A stretch of DNA of 64,000 nucleotides from Oikopleura dioica. Its lineage: Eukaryota > Animalia > Chordata. Each line of letters begins with the position of its first letter. Position 1 is the stretch's first letter. A program made the position numbers and the translations under genes. Where the stretch lies: assembly GCA_907165135.1 (NCBI GenBank), contig OU015566.1, forward strand, positions 12,276,001-12,340,000, written 5' to 3'. The notes under the pieces are model-generated. The model made no database searches, had not been told where the DNA came from, and saw only the letters and a program-made list of their open reading frames with translations. This document shows positions 16,547 to 28,730 of this stretch, in pieces.

Positions 16547-17022
16547 ATGAAAATTAAAGAAGTACTTCCTCACTAAGAAATCTTCACTAAATAAAACTCA
16601 AAATCACCCAAGTGCTCCAAGTTCACGTGAAAAACCCCTTTTATTACATTTAAATTCAATGCCGCTAATGAATTGAATAAGTTCAGCTTAAAGCTTCCTC
16701 TCCCCTTTTATTTGTGTATCATTTTTTGTTCTTTGGAAGATGGCAAGCTGGATATTTTGCCTTTTTCTGAACCATTTCTTTACCAAATGAAAGCTTTCAA
16801 TTTTATTTCACGCGTACTCGCATTCAAGAATCGCGATTTCAAATCTATTCTATCTGTACAATTTTCTTAGAATCTATCCAACCGCTATCATGTCCTCGAA
16901 AATGACTTATCAAAATGAAATCTTATGCATGTGCTTCAAATCGCCTGTTTTCCCATTTCACCTAAATTCATAAAAAAACGAACAACTGCGCAATCAAAAT
17001 CTAACGATGAACTTTAGAAAAG

Positions 17023-19488
17023 ATGAACGATATCGGAAGAGACCAGAGTCGGGAGGAGACGGAACGAATGCGCGCCAGCTTCGCTGCTGATTTTGCTGGA
17101 ACGATTCGAGTTTATCAAGTGCTCAACGAACGATGGCAAGATAAAGCTCCTCCCTTTCTTTTGCGAAATATTGATTATATAAGAGACAACGATATAAGAG
17201 TAGCGAAAAAACCACCGAAAGAACCAAAAATTAACAAGCCATGCAAGAAGAAGCCAAAGCTAAAATCGCGAATCTCAGACGTAACAGAAAAATTGAAACT
17301 AACCGCACAGCCGGTTCGAACATGTGATTCTATGAGGATATCTCTCAATGGCATCCATAATGTAAAAAACGTCGACGAGAGGGCACATAAAAACTTTGTC
17401 CAGTGCAAGATCAAATTCATCGGCAATACTGCTCCTCACAAACGAAAACCAACGGAAGAGCAAATTTTCAAGACGATCCAGACCTAGGATCGACAAATGC
17501 CCCCGAAATCCGGATCGGGTTTTCGTCGGATTTTCTCGAAGTCTGATTTTTCCGATCGGGTTTTTGTCGGGTTTTCGTCGGGTTTTTGTCGGGTTTTTAT
17601 CGGATTTTCGTAGGGTATTTTTCGGGTTTTTGTAGGGTATTTTTCGGGTTTTTGTCGGGTTTTTGTCGGGTCTTTGTCGGGTTCTTGTCGAGTTTTCACA
17701 ACACTGAAGTTGAATCAAGTAAAATAAATCCAAATGGGGGAAAATAGACATAATTTTTGGCTAACAGAATTTCGGGTACTGTCTTTAATCAAACTGATGA
17801 GTAGATCCGAAGAGAAACCCGACGAAAATACCCTACAAAAATCCGATAAATGACCCTATAAATACCCGATTTTGTAGGGTCGCCAAAATTTCAGCGTCGG
17901 GTTTTTGTAGGGTCGGCAGAATCCAACAAAAACCCGACAAAAACGTCGGTTTTCGATCGGGTGTCGGGTGGGACTTGTCGATCCTAGATCCAGACTGTCC
18001 TAATTTTGAATCCAAAGAAAGGAAGCTTTTCCGAGGGAATACAAATCGATCTTACCGATCTTGAAATGGCGTCCAGAGTTTTGTTTGAATGCCAGTTTCC
18101 TGAAATTACGAAGAATTCAAAAAATCATTCGCCAAGAAAGCGCCAAAAGATAGACAACCATCCTGTAGATTCTCTTCATGGGCTTTGGGTTGCGTACTGG
18201 GGCATTTCTCCGCCTATCCGCGAAGGTGAGCATACGCTGATGCTTGAATCGGGAATCAAAACTGAAAAAGACTCAAAACCGCCGCCAAAGAAAATGGCAT
18301 CGTGGCAGACTTTTGATCAAAATCTCGAAGGGTTACCTCCATTTGGCGTTTCGCAGGAACCGCATGTCTGCTTCAACCTTTCGTGGACCGAGGCGATCAG
18401 TCACTTGCGCAGCGATCTGAAGCGTTCTTTCCTCCCTTCCGCTTGTAAAGACGCAACTCGAGTTCATTACCAGCTCTATTATATGTCGAAATCTCGCGTC
18501 TGTACCCAAACGTATGACCAGCCCCTGTGCCAATTCTGCGAAATCAAGCCAGATCCAGTCGATGCTAGCCGTTACGGAAAACCAGTAACGCGTACTAGAG
18601 TGTTTAAATCCGTCAAGGATCTCATGTGCCACTTGAAAAATTGTCACGATAAATTTGTGTTCCGATCGCCGGAAGAACGAGCCATCAAAGAAGGGCAAGA
18701 GCTCGAAACTGTCTTCATCGAGGTCTATCCGAATCCGAAATATGTGCGGAGCTACCTCGGGAACTCGAAAAACACTCTTGAGTCGCTTCGAAAAGGCGAA
18801 ACGAAGGTGCTTGTCTGGCGCGGTGTTCACGTGGATCCAGACGAAACGTACAACAAGGAATACGAATTCACAGACTGCTCGTTGACTTCTTTTGGACATA
18901 CCAGACTTTACTTTCACACAAGCTACAACTTGCCGATAAGGGCGTGCGAATTCGAGTACGATAGTGAGGACGATCAGTCGCACGAGTTCAACTGGGTTCG
19001 CTCTCACATGGTCAAGCAAATTGATGAATTTACAGATGTCAACGAGGTTACTTTTTATCAGAAGTATTTTGAATAAAATATTATTCAGGATGAGAAATTG
19101 ATCATGAAGCTTTGGAATCATCAACTGATGGTTACTCGTGTATTGTCCCAGCAACAACTTCTTGAAGCATGCAGAACTATATCCAGAAAGTATGGAAAAT
19201 TCATCTACAAAAGAAATGTCCGACGCAATTGGTTGCTTCATCTCCTTAACTTGGTCGACCACTGTCTCTTAAAAGCTTCGGAAGTCCCGAAAATAATGGT
19301 CTTGATGGGTAATCACACTATTCTCTGTTTTTTTTCTACTATTTTTAGATGAATGTGTAAAAGACGAATCAATTCCATACGAAGAACCTGATATTACTGG
19401 AGATAAAGCACATGAGGAAAATCTGAAGAAAATCATAGAAGACTCGGCCAAAAGAAACTGTCATTTCTCAAAGAAAACAGATGCATAA
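17023..19488 (+). CDS. SUZ12: Polycomb PRC2 subunit SUZ12, interrupted by MITE-3 in this sequence
   Basis: N-terminal ADFAGTIRVYQVLNERW..APPFLLRNIDY; zinc finger LCQFC...LMCHLKNCHDKFVF; VEFS box GHTRLYFHTS..LPIR..EYDSED..IDEFTDVNE..IMKLWNH. Start may lie further upstream. Confidence 0.92.
17484..17987. mobile_element. MITE-3 (504 bp, hAT-like) inside a SUZ12 coding exon
   Basis: 13-bp TIR CTAGGATCGACAA (17484-17496) / TTGTCGATCCTAG (17975-17987); perfect 8-bp TSD ATCCAGAC (17476-17483, 17988-17995); subterminal GTCGGGTTTTT arrays and inverted copies. Confidence 0.95.
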
Positions 19489-19655
19489 AATCCTGTTCAT
19501 TCCGAACGTAGAAACTCACACTGCCTCTCTGCAGACAAACTACAGCCTGACTTATGGCCCATAAGTTGTGGCCTAAACACAACTGCCCATTATCACCCTT
19601 TTTACAATAAAACGAACGAAGAAAAAAAGTTCATTTGCGTACTCTTAGATACAGG

Positions 19656-20776
19656 ATGATAGGGCGACATGTGCGGACGTTGAGTTCAAGTGCTGTCCAT
19701 AAATTTCGAGGGCATGGAAACGCGATGAATTGGTTCGCGCCAAACATTACTCCGGAAGCGAAATATCAGAGGTGAATCAAAAATTCCAAAATGAACATTT
19801 TCTATGACCAATGAATTTTTCGAAGATCAAATAAAAATGCCTGAACAGGACCATTGTACGTTGTTCATTTCATTTGTACGTCTGTCATTTAGAAAACAAT
19901 GGCTACACAGCCTCGAGAAAAAGCAACACAACGACATGGGCGAGTGGTCCAAGAAGAATAATATGATCTATCCGCCCTTAGAAGAGGGCCAGCCTCCCCG
20001 ACCTCATGAAATTTATTGGGGCAGAAGCAGAGTAGCAATTTCAAAAAGAGTCATGGCAAGAACTTGGTAAGTTAGTGTGAAAATAAATGCTCGAAATTGA
20101 GCTTGACATTCAGTTAAATTTCTGTCATATTGTTAACTACGCTAACATGGTTGTTTACAGCCCCTAATGCGGCTATAAACTCCTCACGAGTTGTTTAAAT
20201 TGTCATGATAAAGGGCAGACACAGAATACGCGATTATCTCGCGTTGTTAATAATACGATTTGTGTATTGAGAATTTTCCTCTCTGAAAATGAGATTTTTT
20301 GAAATCAAGGAAGACTAACTTTTGGATTTTTAGTTTGACTGTGAACAATTTGGAGCTACAAGATGCTCTGGACAAGATGTACAACTTAAAAGCGCGCGAA
20401 GGATTTATTGTGAGTTAGCGACGTCCCATCAATCAGCCAAAAATGAACGTTTGCTTTCTTTTCAGATGTACGAAATTTTACGAGAAGCTAGAGACTTTGC
20501 CAGCAAGCGGGCCCCGAGCGCAAGCACGTTCCACATCGCTGAGTGCTGGGCAACAATCTTGAACAGAGAGTATAGACATGGATATGCCATTTTAAGGTTT
20601 GCCCTTATCAAAAACTTTTTTCATAAAGAAATTTTAGAAAACGCGATTTAACAAATATTTATGTGCTCTTGCGCGAAGGACCACCCCCACCCGAGCGAAC
20701 AAAGTTGACAACAGAAGACGCCATTGATCACTATCTTCAAGGGCATAGAGAGAAAGAGATTCCTTTTACTTGGTAA
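19656..20776 (+). CDS. MRPL22: Mitochondrial ribosomal protein L22
   Basis: WSKKNNMIYPPLEEGQPPRPHEIY matches [38 protein letters not shown]; presequence-like N-terminus. Confidence 0.85.
20299..20314 (+). repeat. Dispersed motif, copy 2 (MRPL22 intron)
   Basis: TTGAAATCAAGGAAGA read directly. Confidence 0.9.
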
Positions 20777-20815
20777 ACAACTTGTTACATAAGTTTTGAG
20801 TGTGTGTTTTTCAGA

Positions 20816-23800
20816 ATGCCTACGAGCTCGCGGGGCGATAATCGAGCCTCGCGGCCTTCATCAGCATCGAGATTGTCCCAAGCGCGCGGTACCAGCAGCA
20901 GGAACAATTTGGGATCAACAGGTACGCCCTTGAACGCAAAAACAAAACCCTAAATTATATCAAGGCGGCATCAACTCCGGCAGCAGCGAGAACATAAAAG
21001 CGTTGTACGAAGCTTCACCTTCTCGTGGCAGGACTGAGAGGCCCATTTCCGGCCAGAAGACAGCGAAGACAGCTAAGCCCGGTGTCGTCAAGGCGCCTGC
21101 AAGCTCTCACATGCGTGGTGGAAAGGTACCTTCCAGCAAGTCGACCGGCGCCAATTCGAAAGTACCCGCTCAAGGGACGGCTCAGCGACCAAGGAGAGAT
21201 AATAACGAAATGGTTCGAAATGAAGGAAAGGGTCATTATTATCAAAATGATTTATGAGATTCGAGTCTGTTTTAGCACGGAGATAAGGTCAAACAGAACC
21301 TTATCATGGCGATATTAACAGGTTCAAGTCATATTTCAAATCGCTTTTTCGTAGAAATATAAAATTTCGAAATATTATTTTTAAAAATGTTGAATACCCC
21401 TTCAACTGAAGCTTACCGAAGCCAACAAGACGCGATCGAAGAGCTCAAGACTCAATTCGCGCAGCTACAGGCTCAATTTCTGTCTACACAAAAAGAAGCG
21501 ATTACACAAGAAAACGAGCGACTGAAAGACCAACTTGCAAGGGCCGTTTTGAATTTGCACAAGCATTAAAATCGCCTCGTAATGAGTGAAGTTTGAGCTT
21601 GATAGCGCACTTATGGTGCTACAGACATCTGAACTCAAACAAAATTCAAAGACTATTTTTGAAGCTTTCGGGACTCAATTTTTGGAATTTGAAAATATTT
21701 TGAAACGGAAATAGTATGTCGAAAACGATGGCAAACATCAACTACAAAGAGAACTTCAAAAGCAGCGCTCCAGTAGATGGCATGTCCACCCCTGACTCAC
21801 TCTCCGATCAAGAGAATTCGCGCAATCCCTCAAGCTCAAGCAAAGATAAGAGGCTTTCGATAGCGGAAGAATTGGATGCGACAAAAGACGAGCTGCAAGA
21901 GGCACAAGATCGCGTCGCCCAAGTTGTGACTCAGGTGAATTCTCGTTTCTCCGGCGCCACTCATATTCATTATCAGTTGATATCTTCAATGCTTACTGAC
22001 ATTGAAAACAGTTAATTCGCTCATTTTTCTCAAGAGTTAAACTAAAAGTTGTAAAATTAAAATGGTAAGCCCTGTTCTGTTTTGTATTTTTTCCATGAGA
22101 AGCAAAGAGTCGATCCAGTAAATCTTACAATGAGCTCTTTATGAATTATTTATGTAGTTGAAGATTAATGGGAATCAATAGTGCTATTTTTCGCGCTGAG
22201 CGAACAACTCATATTTAGCGATTGCTTCTATCTTAGCGCGGATTACGCCGAGCAAACTTATAGGCCCCGATCGTTCGTTTTTCCTAGCGCAAATCGATTC
22301 TTTTCTCGCCCCTGAGAAATTATTGAGATTTATTTAACGAAAATCACGCGAACAAGACGAATATATTTTTCAAAATATTGAACCACCAAAAGGCAAAATA
22401 ACGATACATCAATTTAGAACGCTCATCTGAAGAGAGAACTACAGGACTTCAGTAACAGAGTGAATGAAAGCCTTGTGCATCCTCCTCCAGGTAATTCATA
22501 CTGATATTAATTGTTCATCAATCAAAAGTAGTAAAAATTGAAATCAAGGAAGACTCATTTCAAAATCATTTTCCCTCTAATTATTAAAGTTTATTAAAGT
22601 TTATTAATTTTCTAGAGCTACTTTTGAGCAACTGTTTGCTCGAACAGACAGAGATAGTTTTCCTTTCTTATCATTTTTCTCATAAGTAAGCTTCATCTTT
22701 TGTGACTATTCACATGCGTAGAAAACGAATTTTAATCTGTCTTTTGCAGATTTGAGCCTGGCTGAGCGCCTTACAATCGTCCTGGAGGGTGGAACAAAAG
22801 CAGTGCAAGGGCTTCAACGCCAACTTCAGTAAGTCAAAGCCATCCTACTTCTCAGAGAAGAGGCCTAAGAGTGTGTGTGCCCAACAATTCAGAGCAATTT
22901 GGGCGAATTGATATGTGCTCCTTTTGTCCCTAATTGAATTGAAGTCGAAATTGGACATCGCATTATGGAATCTCAGACTCAGAGTAATGGATCTATTTCT
23001 TTTAGTGACCAGGAGGAAGAGAATGAGGGAATCAAGCGGGAAATGGCTGAGATAAAAAGTAACGAAACTCCAGAGGTAGTTACCATCATTTGTTGTTGAA
23101 CCATGTTTGAATTCAGGCACATGAGTTGAGAAACAGAATCGAAGAGCTTGAAAGCCAGTTGAAAAGCTTCCAAAGCGACTACGCAGATCTCATGCAAATG
23201 GATCAAGCAGATCGAGAAGCGACGCTAGAAGCGATCAAACTCAAGTATCTGAGGGAAAAGGATATTCTCATTGAAAGAGAAGAGACCATCCAAGCACTTC
23301 AGGTACCTTTAAAAATATTACCAGTTTTGAGTCAGCTGTGAAATAAGGAGGAGATGTTTGCAAAAGACAACGACCATCGTCAAGATCTTGAAGAGCTCTC
23401 GAAATTTATCGATGAACTGCGCAGCGAACGATGGAAGAAGGATCAAGAAATGGACAAGCTTTTGAATCAGCTGATTGATCTTGAGGATGCAGTCGAGCAG
23501 CAGATTGCTGTGAAGGTAAACCAAAATCGCCCTTTCGATTTTTCAATGTTTTAAGCAATTTGCGGAGCACGAGCGAAAACTGCTCCAAGAAGAAGTCAAC
23601 GATCTCAATGCCCAAATTGTCGAGCACAACAAAGAACTGATCATGCTCAAACGAAAAGCTGAAAAGTCAGAAGAGGATAAAAACACCCTTCAACAAGACA
23701 TGACGTCGGCCATTACACTTGCCCAGGATGCCAAAATAGCAAAGGAAAATGAAATTCGCGAGCTTCAGGTTAGGTCGAATTCTTTTTGGACGCGTCCTGA

Positions 23801-24989
23801 CAGATAATTTAGGACAAAAATCGAAAGCTAGAGGAAGAAAACGCGAGACTAACGGTCGAAGTTTCCCAACTCAGACGGGATCGTCGCGGAAGCCCGGTTC
23901 TAGCAGAACCAGTATCGCCAAAGCCACAAGTTTTCGAGCCTGATAGAAGACTGTCAACCTCCCTGATGGCTTCAACAGAGGATTCTTGGTCGACAAGACG
24001 TAATAGGTAATGAATTCGAAGAAGGAAAACATCTTGAATGGAAATATTTAGATTTGTGAAAAGCGACCCGCCAAGTGTTCAAAATCTCATTCAAAACTTC
24101 AACAAAGATCCCGAACCAACTCTTGAGGACTCTGGCAGAAGTACTGGCAGCGGTATTGCAGTGCCCAGCTCTCCTGGCTCAAGTGGCGATCGTCTTGCCA
24201 AATTCAGACTGAGCTTTGAAAGACGCGAAAGCGCGAGAGACGTTTATCTGTCAGAGCGTGTCAGTCAGGAACGGATTGAATTTGTGTTTACGCGTGTTAT
24301 CTGTCATAGGATCGATAATTAACGAGCCCATATTCAACCTAATGAAAGCTGAGAACGAAAGCAAATCGAACTTCTACAGTTTCTTCTCGCCTTGGCAGCG
24401 ATGGGGCTACTCCAAGACGTCCCTACGCGCGTAGTGAAGACTCCACTACATCATCATCGTCTGTTCCATCGATTCAGTCGTATTCTAGCATCAATTATCC
24501 GTCAATAAACACGAGTGATCCTTTACAAGATCTCTCGAGAAAATATGGTTGCTCCAAGAGAAACGCTCTTTTGAAGGTTTGAAAACAAACTGTTATTGGA
24601 TTTAGTAAGATAATTGTAATTAAGTGGTGTCAAGAAGAGCTTGCCAATTACAAGGAAGTCGATGTGACGAACTTTAGCTCATCATGGGGCGATGGATTGG
24701 CCCTCTGTGCCTTGTTACACACGAGAATGCCGCACAACGTCCCCTTTAGGGAGCTGGTGCTCGACAACAACCCAAGAAAGAATGTTGAGACTGCGTTGAA
24801 AGCTTGCTCAGGTTGGCAACTATCATTATAGCTACAAAAGAAATAACGTGCATTTTAGTGCTTGGAATCGGCGGTCTACCGAGTGTGGATGAGTTCCTCG
24901 TGAACGAGCGGCCCGATTGGCAGCGGATCATGAAATTAATTTCACAAATTTTCAAAAACTTCACCTCTGACCAGCCAGCAACTGCATAA
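20816..24989 (+). CDS. SPECC1: Cytospin/SPECC1-like coiled-coil protein with C-terminal calponin-homology domain; 5' exon usage uncertain
   Basis: [23 protein letters not shown]...VTNFSSSWGDGLALCALLH...ERPDWQRIM; long coiled-coil exons from 21716 to 23900. Confidence 0.85.
22538..22553 (+). repeat. Dispersed motif, copy 3 (SPECC1 intron)
   Basis: TTGAAATCAAGGAAGA read directly. Confidence 0.9.
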
Positions 24990-25336
24990 ACGACTACCAG
25001 ACCAGAATAGAATGTCAAAATGACTTCTAACCACTTGTACCTTCCATTTTGCACCTTGGGCATCTCAACGAAAAAAAGTACTTCTATCTTGTCACCTCTG
25101 CAATTCTCTTCACGAAACTAAAAGATTCATCCTTTCTCCATCATATTTTTTTATATTTAGAACCCTCTCTTTCTGTACAAGCTCTTTCTGTGCAGCGCAT
25201 GGATATGATAAAAAACAATAAACTAAAGCAACCGTTCGGTAAAATGACAGAAAGACTTGAGTTGATGAGTTTAGTCTGATGCTCGATGATAAGAAAGTGA
25301 GTTGTTCTTCAAGATAGTCTAAACAAACAGGGAAAA

Positions 25337-27945
25337 ATGAGCTGGTTTTTTCGGCAGTCGCAGCCTGGATATGTTGGCAGCAAGTGAGTGCAGTATTTTT
25401 GTATCATCGTTAATATTAAATCAGCGTCCAAATCGGCTCGTACAATGTTCACATCGAATCAGTCCTCGCCGAGGGTGGCTTTTCCATCGTTTATCTCGCT
25501 AATGCTAAAATTCCGAATTCCAAGTCGACTAAAGCAGCCCTCAAGGTACTTCTAATTCAATAAAGACTTTTTGTTATCAGATGTTAAAGCGTATGTTTGT
25601 GAATGATGAAGAGACACTCGCTGGGTGCAAAAATGAAATTCAAGTCATGCGAAAACTGACGGGCCACAAGAACATAGTCCGTTACATGGCGCACAAAATA
25701 ACCTGCCTGAAAAATGGCACGCACGAAGTCCTGGTCCTTATCGAGTACTGTTCTCGTGGCCATGTCCTGGACTTTATGAACAAAAGACTCAACAGTGGAT
25801 TTACTGAGGAAGAAGTGATGAAGATCTTCTGTGACGTCGTCGAAGCTGTAGCGAAGATGCACCAGTCGAATCCTCCTTTTGCCCATCGTGATTTGAAAGT
25901 AGAAAATGTCCTGATTCACGATAGTGGTAGATATGTTCTGTGCGATTTTGGGTCAGCAAGTAGTCGTATCCTCGAGCCAGACAAAAACGGTGTTAGTACT
26001 GTCGAAGAAGAAATCACCAAGTTCACGACTGTTCAATATCGTTCTCCAGAAATGGTCGATCTTTATTCCGGCTTTCCGATCGGGCCCAAGTCGGATATTT
26101 GGGCACTGGGCGTTCTCTTGTATCATCTCTGCTTTTTCAACCTTCCGTTTTCTACGACTCTTTCTATTCAAACTGGCGAAATCTCTGTTCCCGATAATTC
26201 GCCGTTTTCCGTTGAAATTCATCGAATTATTCAATTTTGTCTCACTGTGGATGTTCAAAGACGTCCAGGAAAGGGATAATAAAAGATTCACATAACCTAT
26301 TGTTAGCAAAAAAAAAAAGTTTTGACCCAAAAAAGATATTTGGCAGCTCGCGGAAGCTGTTTTCGCCCATGCAAAGCGCCAGAATCCTGTCCATAACCGA
26401 AACAACTCTCCTTCTATTGACCTCTTAACGATCTCCCCATTAATGAACGCTACCCAACTCGCCCAGTTCAAAGAAGACCAGCGTCGGCAACAGAAAGACG
26501 CGTCGAATCAACAGAATCAGCAAGGCAATTTCGCGAATGCAACAATAGCACCAAGACAACGACCGAATCCGAAGCGACCGCCTTCTCCGAAAGAAATGGT
26601 CAATAGAGCAGAATCTGCGCTACAGGTTACTAAAAAAGCTTTCTTTTTGTTAAATTTTTATTCAGATTCTTCAAAAACAAATGGCCGATATAAAAGTCAC
26701 ATATGCCCAGCTCCCTGCCACTGATAGCCGCCGAATCAAACTAGAAAACGACGCCGCAACGATCAAAATCAAGTATCAGAAAATCCTCGATTTGCGGAAT
26801 GAAAATCGCTCGCGCCTCGCCAACTCTTCAAGTACGACATTTAATCCCAGTCAGCAAAGTGCGAATTTCCGCCAGAATCCGCCGCGCGCCGAAATTCCCC
26901 CTCCGAAGATTCCGCCGAAGATTCATCAAGGAAATGCGCCTGAAATCCACACAAATCATCATCTTACTCACAGAAGAGTGCTCTCTGATCCATCCACTAT
27001 TCAAGAGATTCAAAGTCAGCAACTTCAGCAACAGAGACAAAATCAAATGGCATCCTCGCAGACTTTTACTACTGGACTTTCAGCATTTCAACAGCCCGTG
27101 ATTCCTGATCAAATGTAACAGTATTCAACCAAAGTCAAATAATATTTAATAATTTTAGGTCATCTTTTGCTTCTGATTCGACAATCGACTCCGTTTCAAC
27201 TGTAAGGCTTGCTAACTCACCTTCAGAAAAAGATGATGATGGTAAAGAGAACGAATGTTTTTGATTACTAACTGAATTCAGCTTTTGATGCTTTCCTCGA
27301 AAAACGGAAGAACTTGTCCGATGCGCCGACAAACTTCAAATGCGAAAAGGGACCAGTCTACCAAGCTCTTTATTCCAACGGGTAATTAAATATTTGCAAG
27401 TCAGTATTTTACTGTTTTGAGGACTTCTGAATCTCAACCCGAGACAAACGGTGGCTGGGTGAAAGATCCAGAAGATACTGATGATTCTTCGTCAGTTTCC
27501 GACTCTTCAGAATCGCGATCGGTTAAATCGGATTCCGAAGATGCCGACGCGCTCATTGATTCTTCTGATGACGATTTTCCGCAAGTTCGGCAAATGCGCT
27601 CCCAAACTTGCCCGAATTTGTCGGACTCCGTCAATCTAGCGCTGAATCGAGAAGAAGTAAGATCTCAACTTATTTGTTTGGTTGACCGACTTTTAGGATC
27701 CATTCTCGATGGCTCCGTTTCCAGCTGCCGCTATTCCGCCACAAATTAAAGAAAATGACCCCTGGGGTGACAATCTTCCACAAAGTAGACCTCCTATCTC
27801 AAAGACGAATCCTTTCCGAATGGGCGCGTTTTCCGGCCCGCTTGAATCTTCTGTAAGTTGAGCTTCTTCGATAATCAATTTTTCTACTTTTGCCGTTTAG
27901 AATGATGCCGATCCCTTCAATAATGCTCCATTCCCAGCGACATGA
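25337..27945 (+). CDS. AAK1: NAK-family kinase AAK1/BMP2K
   Basis: LAEGGFSIVYLA; ALKRMFVN; HRDLKVENVL; CDFGSA; TTVQYRSPEMVDLYSG; KSDIWALG; Q-rich linker; DPW/NPF/DPF tail motifs. Confidence 0.92.
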
Positions 27946-28730
27946 GCATCTCTGACTCTCATTTTTATTGTTCAAAGCTGCGTTAACTTTTTCTATCTTT
28001 CGAAGTTGATCTTCAGAAAATATCTTCATTATCGAAGATTTGTGATAATGAGCCGCTGTAAACTTGCAAGTAGTCTTGTGCCTATTATATATCAATAAAC
28101 AAGTTTAATCAAGCCCCGTTAATTACACAGTACGTATCCCATCAACAACTGCAATATCAACAGAAAAATTCTTATCTATACATATTGATACTGAACATGT
28201 CGTGTCGTTTGTTCTTCATCTTTTCACCAATACATTTTTCTTGAATAAAATCATATTCCTTTGCTTCATTATTGTTAATTTTCTTCTTCTACCTTTCATC
28301 AACCTGTTTGCTTCCTATAATAAATATAGCTTGAGTTCAACTCTTCATAGGGTCCAAGATCCTGGTTGAAGACATCTTGGACTCTATTTTTGTTAGACTT
28401 CCTTTTCTTGTTTTCATACAAAGATGAATCGACCCAAGGGTTTTTTCACATGAAAGTAACCGCCTAGTTCAAAGGTACACTTGTGCAAACAGTCATATAC
28501 TTTCAAATGTTAATTAAGCAGGGCTTTAATTAACGATAAAAGCTTATATTTGTACTGAGTCAGAATTAGAGCTCAGCCTCTCAGAATGATTTGTTATTCT
28601 CGCTCGCTTCTAGAACAAGCACTGATCCCTTTTATCGATCCGCCATGAAGATTTAAATCCGATTACAGACATTTCCCGCGCCCTTTCTACCATTATTTCA
28701 AGCTTTCACGAGAGCGAGGAGAGGTTGAAA

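Noticed and set aside
17299-18015. Repetitive ORFs (KNPTKTR..., FVGFLS...) on both strands
   Set aside because: These are translations of the MITE-3 subterminal repeats, with no transposase motifs.
18333-19262. 309-aa minus-strand ORF
   Set aside because: Antisense shadow of the SUZ12 exons; no independent motifs.
20203-20287. Possible C/D box snoRNA in the MRPL22 intron (ATGATAA...CTGA)
   Set aside because: Box C is imperfect, there is no terminal stem, and I could not verify an rRNA guide; a snoRNA covariance search would be needed.
22581-22608. TTATTAAAGT tandem repeat
   Set aside because: A trivial short intronic duplication.
27799-28560. Possible minus-strand gene between AAK1 and the lipase
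   Set aside because: Frames are fragmented by stops, and the region may be UTR or intergenic.
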